Of a stretch of 64,000 nt of DNA, positions 61,334 to 64,000 are shown piece after piece (the first letter of the stretch is position 1; each line of letters begins with the position of its first letter). The notes under the pieces were generated by a model. It was not told where the DNA came from and made no database searches. It saw nothing but the letters and a program-made list of their open reading frames with translations. The DNA lies in contig JAQGDQ010000013.1 of assembly GCA_030141605.1 (NCBI GenBank), forward strand, positions 1,373,996-1,437,995. The letters are read 5' to 3'. The stretch is from Tubiluchus corallicola (taxonomy: Eukaryota; Animalia; Priapulida). The position numbers and the translations under genes are program-made.

Positions 61334-62282
61334 GAGGGAGACAGTGTACTGTTGTACAAACTGTGACTATAGGTCTCAAAGGACTGCCTATATGTCAAAA
61401 CACTGGAAGGCATGTCATGGGAGTAGACAAATTCCCGCTACTTGGCCAACTAAGCGTCTTGAAAGGCCACCTCAGGCAACCTCTGTTGATAAAAGACCTC
61501 TGTCACCAGAAGGATCACCAAGATTGAGCCGCTCCAAATGGAGTACAACTAGTGACAGCAGTCTGGAAAGAAAAGACGGGAAGAAAGAGCGAGATTTAAA
61601 GAGTCATAATCAGAGGTCGGAACAGGAAAGCAAAATCAAAACAGCAAAATCACCCAAAACAAAAAGAGGAACTTCCCCAGTTACAGTAAGGCCTGAGTTA
61701 AGTAATCCGAAGAACAGGGCCTTCAAGCCACCAACAAGCAACTCAACCTTCAGAAATTTCAGAAGCAGAAGTATTGTGAGGCAGAACAGCACCCATAACC
61801 TGACCAACCAAGTTAGAAAACCAACTAGACCTGCCTTACCACACTATAAACCATACAAGGAAACACAGTCGAAAAATCTGCCAGTATTCCTTGCACCGCA
61901 GTCGGACAAGGTGCCACGAAAAGCTCCACCTCCATGCACAGAGCTAGATCAGATAGTCATGAGGGAAAAGATATTAAAATTAAAAAATGAGATCATGGAA
62001 CTAGAGGAGCGATGCAGGGTAGCAGCTCTAAATAAGTGGGAAGCAGTTTTAGAGAAGAAGAGTAAAGAAATTACGGAGAAGAAAGAAAAAGAGTGGAATG
62101 AGGCAGTTGATCGTATGTATGAGAGAATGGAAACAACTGTAAGCAAGTTGGTGAGAAAGGAGGTGGAAAAGTTGGCTGAAAAGAAGAACACTGAAGGTCA
62201 ACAACAAATGCCACCCACAAATACAGATATTTCTATAGATCTAGCTGTCTCCTCGGATGACTTCTCCAGTGAAGAGGACTAA
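61334..62282 (+). CDS. ORF3 main exon: C2H2 zinc finger, basic disordered linker, coiled coil, acidic SIM-like tail (not env)
   Basis: Acceptor TTATTTTGTCTATTTTAG; YxCx2Cx12Hx4H at 61347-61418; heptad-rich ELDQIV...LAEKK; tail ISIDLAVSSDDFSSEED. 315 uninterrupted codons. Confidence 0.85.
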
Positions 62283-62721
62283 GGCCATGCAGCTACGTTC
62301 CAATATATATTCATACCTACGTTCAACCTACGTTCATATATACATTCCAATATTTCCTAGATAAATTAGATTAAAAATTATATATCTTTTATATATATAT
62401 ATATATCATTTGAAGGAATATATCAGCATATCTACAACGGGTTGTTCCAGTATTATATACTTGCTTATTTACTTATATTGTTTACTAGAATGGTGCTATC
62501 AAGAATATGTATGGATGTATAAAAATTCCGTTATATTTTACAAGTAAATAAAGCTGTATTCAGTTTAGTAAGTATATAAGCTGTATTGGATTTCAATATC
62601 AGGATGGCAAAGAAACAAAAAAAAAAAATTTTAAAGGAGCAGTCAACAAAACTCAACAATAGTTTGGTAAGCATACCTGATGCTGACAGGAGACAGAGCA
62701 CCTGAGGGCAGGTGCAGTTTT

Positions 62722-62734
62722 AAGAAAGGGGGAA
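62722..62734 (+). promoter_or_regulatory. Polypurine tract
   Basis: AAGAAAGGGGGAA just before the 3' LTR, preceded by a T-tract. Confidence 0.92.
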
Positions 62735-62735
62735 T

Positions 62736-64000
62736 TGTAATATTCTCTAAAAAAAATATAATCATCGGAATTTTAATATTGTTTACACGCACTATGGACG
62801 CAGCCATTATGGATGCTCTTATGTTATGCACATCTTCGCTATTCGGCGAGCACACCAGATGCTGACCGAAAGATAAACACAGGGCGATGAAACTTTAGAA
62901 CCCGGTGAATTCCCGGTTTGGAAAACAAGAAAATAAAAACAAAAAGGATCAAACATAAGCTGATAAATTAGATTAAATGTAGACAAACATATGCGCTGTT
63001 AAAAAAAGAGCAAAACAAATTGATGAAATTATAATTAGAAGACTGAAAGTAACAAAGTGTAATGAACAGCCCACCCCTCGGTTACAATGCACAATCCAGG
63101 GTAACTTAGCGACGCCGACGCTCAGGCGGCTATATAAAGGGAGGGCCAGGCCATTGACCACACACATCCGAACATTTTCAAAGTGATAAAGAGCTACAGC
63201 AACTGAAGATTCATCTAAACATGGAAAAGAAGCAGGATGAGAAGTAAGTTTTAACTTACTAGATAAAGCTAGCTTTCAAAACTAGCTAGGATGTGTCAGG
63301 AATCTAGAACCTAGAAAAGAGTTCCAGAAATGAAAAGAGTTCCAGAAACACTAGGTTCTAGAAACCAAAAGAGAAGCTAGAAAAGGGTTTCAGGATTAAA
63401 GCAGTTGCAGAGACAAAAAGAGTTCCAGGAAAATCCAAGATTTAAAAGAGTTGCTGAGAGTTCCAGGAAAATCCAAGATTTAAAAGAGTTGCTGAGAGTT
63501 CCAGGAAAATCCAAGATCAAAAGAGTTCCAGTAATTTCCAGGAATTAAAAGAGTTGCAGAAATTTCCTGGAATTAAAAGAGTTGCAGAAATTTCCTGGAA
63601 TTAAAAGAGTTGCAGAAATTTCCTGGAATTAAAAGAGTTGCAGAAATTTCCTGGAATTAAAAGAGTTGCAGAATAAAAAAGAGTTGCAGAAAATTCTTGG
63701 AATGAAAGAGTTCCAGAATTAAAAGAGTTGCAGAATTAAAAGAGTTCCAGGAATTAAAAGAGTTCCAGAATTAAAAGAGTTGCAGAATAGAAGAGTTCCA
63801 GAATAAAAGAGTTCCAGGATTAAAAGAGTTGCAGAATAGAAGAGTTCCAGAATTAAAAGAGTTGCAGAATTGAAAAGAGTTGCAGAATAGAAGAGTTCCA
63901 GAATTAAAAGAGTTGCAGAATTGAAAAGAGTTGCAGAATTGAAAAGAGTTGCAGAATTTAAAGAGTTGCAGAACTTAAAGAGTTGCAGAATTTAAAGAGT
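62736..64000 (+). repeat. 3' LTR (partial)
   Basis: Direct repeat of 52793 onward, including TATA, ATG/donor (63221/63244) and the tandem array. Confidence 0.95.

Larger units (their letters stand above)
52793..64000 (+). mobile_element. Ty3/Gypsy (Metaviridae) LTR retrotransposon, near-intact, 3' LTR cut by the window edge
   Basis: LTR-PBS-gag-pol(PR-RT-RH-IN)-ORF3-PPT-LTR order. The first ~690 bp of the two LTRs differ by 3 substitutions and 2 homopolymer indels by my count. Confidence 0.98.

Noticed and set aside
61296-62282. ORF3 as an env gene
   Set aside because: No signal peptide, transmembrane helix or fusion-peptide pattern; it is hydrophilic with a zinc finger and coiled coil.

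Overview
AT-rich invertebrate animal genomic DNA with spliceosomal introns, microsatellites and many MITE/SINE remnants. Three main components. (1) An F-box/leucine-rich-repeat gene of the LRRC29/FBXL9 type on + (main exon 17822-19612). (2) A convergent Argonaute gene on - with 21 coding exons (48278->24117, about 1019 aa), an intact D-E-D-H slicer tetrad and a long K/E-rich N-terminal extension, suggesting an siRNA-type AGO. (3) A very young, near-intact Ty3/Gypsy LTR retrotransposon from 52793 to beyond the window end. The retroelement has a 2.5 kb 5' LTR holding a ~1.4 kb tandem array, a tRNA-Pro PBS, and a -1 gag-pol frameshift site with a predicted pseudoknot. Most notably it has a third ORF that is not env. 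An ATG and GTAAGT donor inside the LTR (53276-53298) can splice in frame across 8 kb onto this ORF, giving a predicted 323-aa C2H2-zinc-finger / coiled-coil / SUMO-interacting-motif protein, a candidate element-encoded nuclear regulator. The first 17 kb appear gene-free and hold a 2.2 kb variant-coded minisatellite and several non-autonomous DNA transposons. All calls were made by eye from the sequence; no database searches were run.
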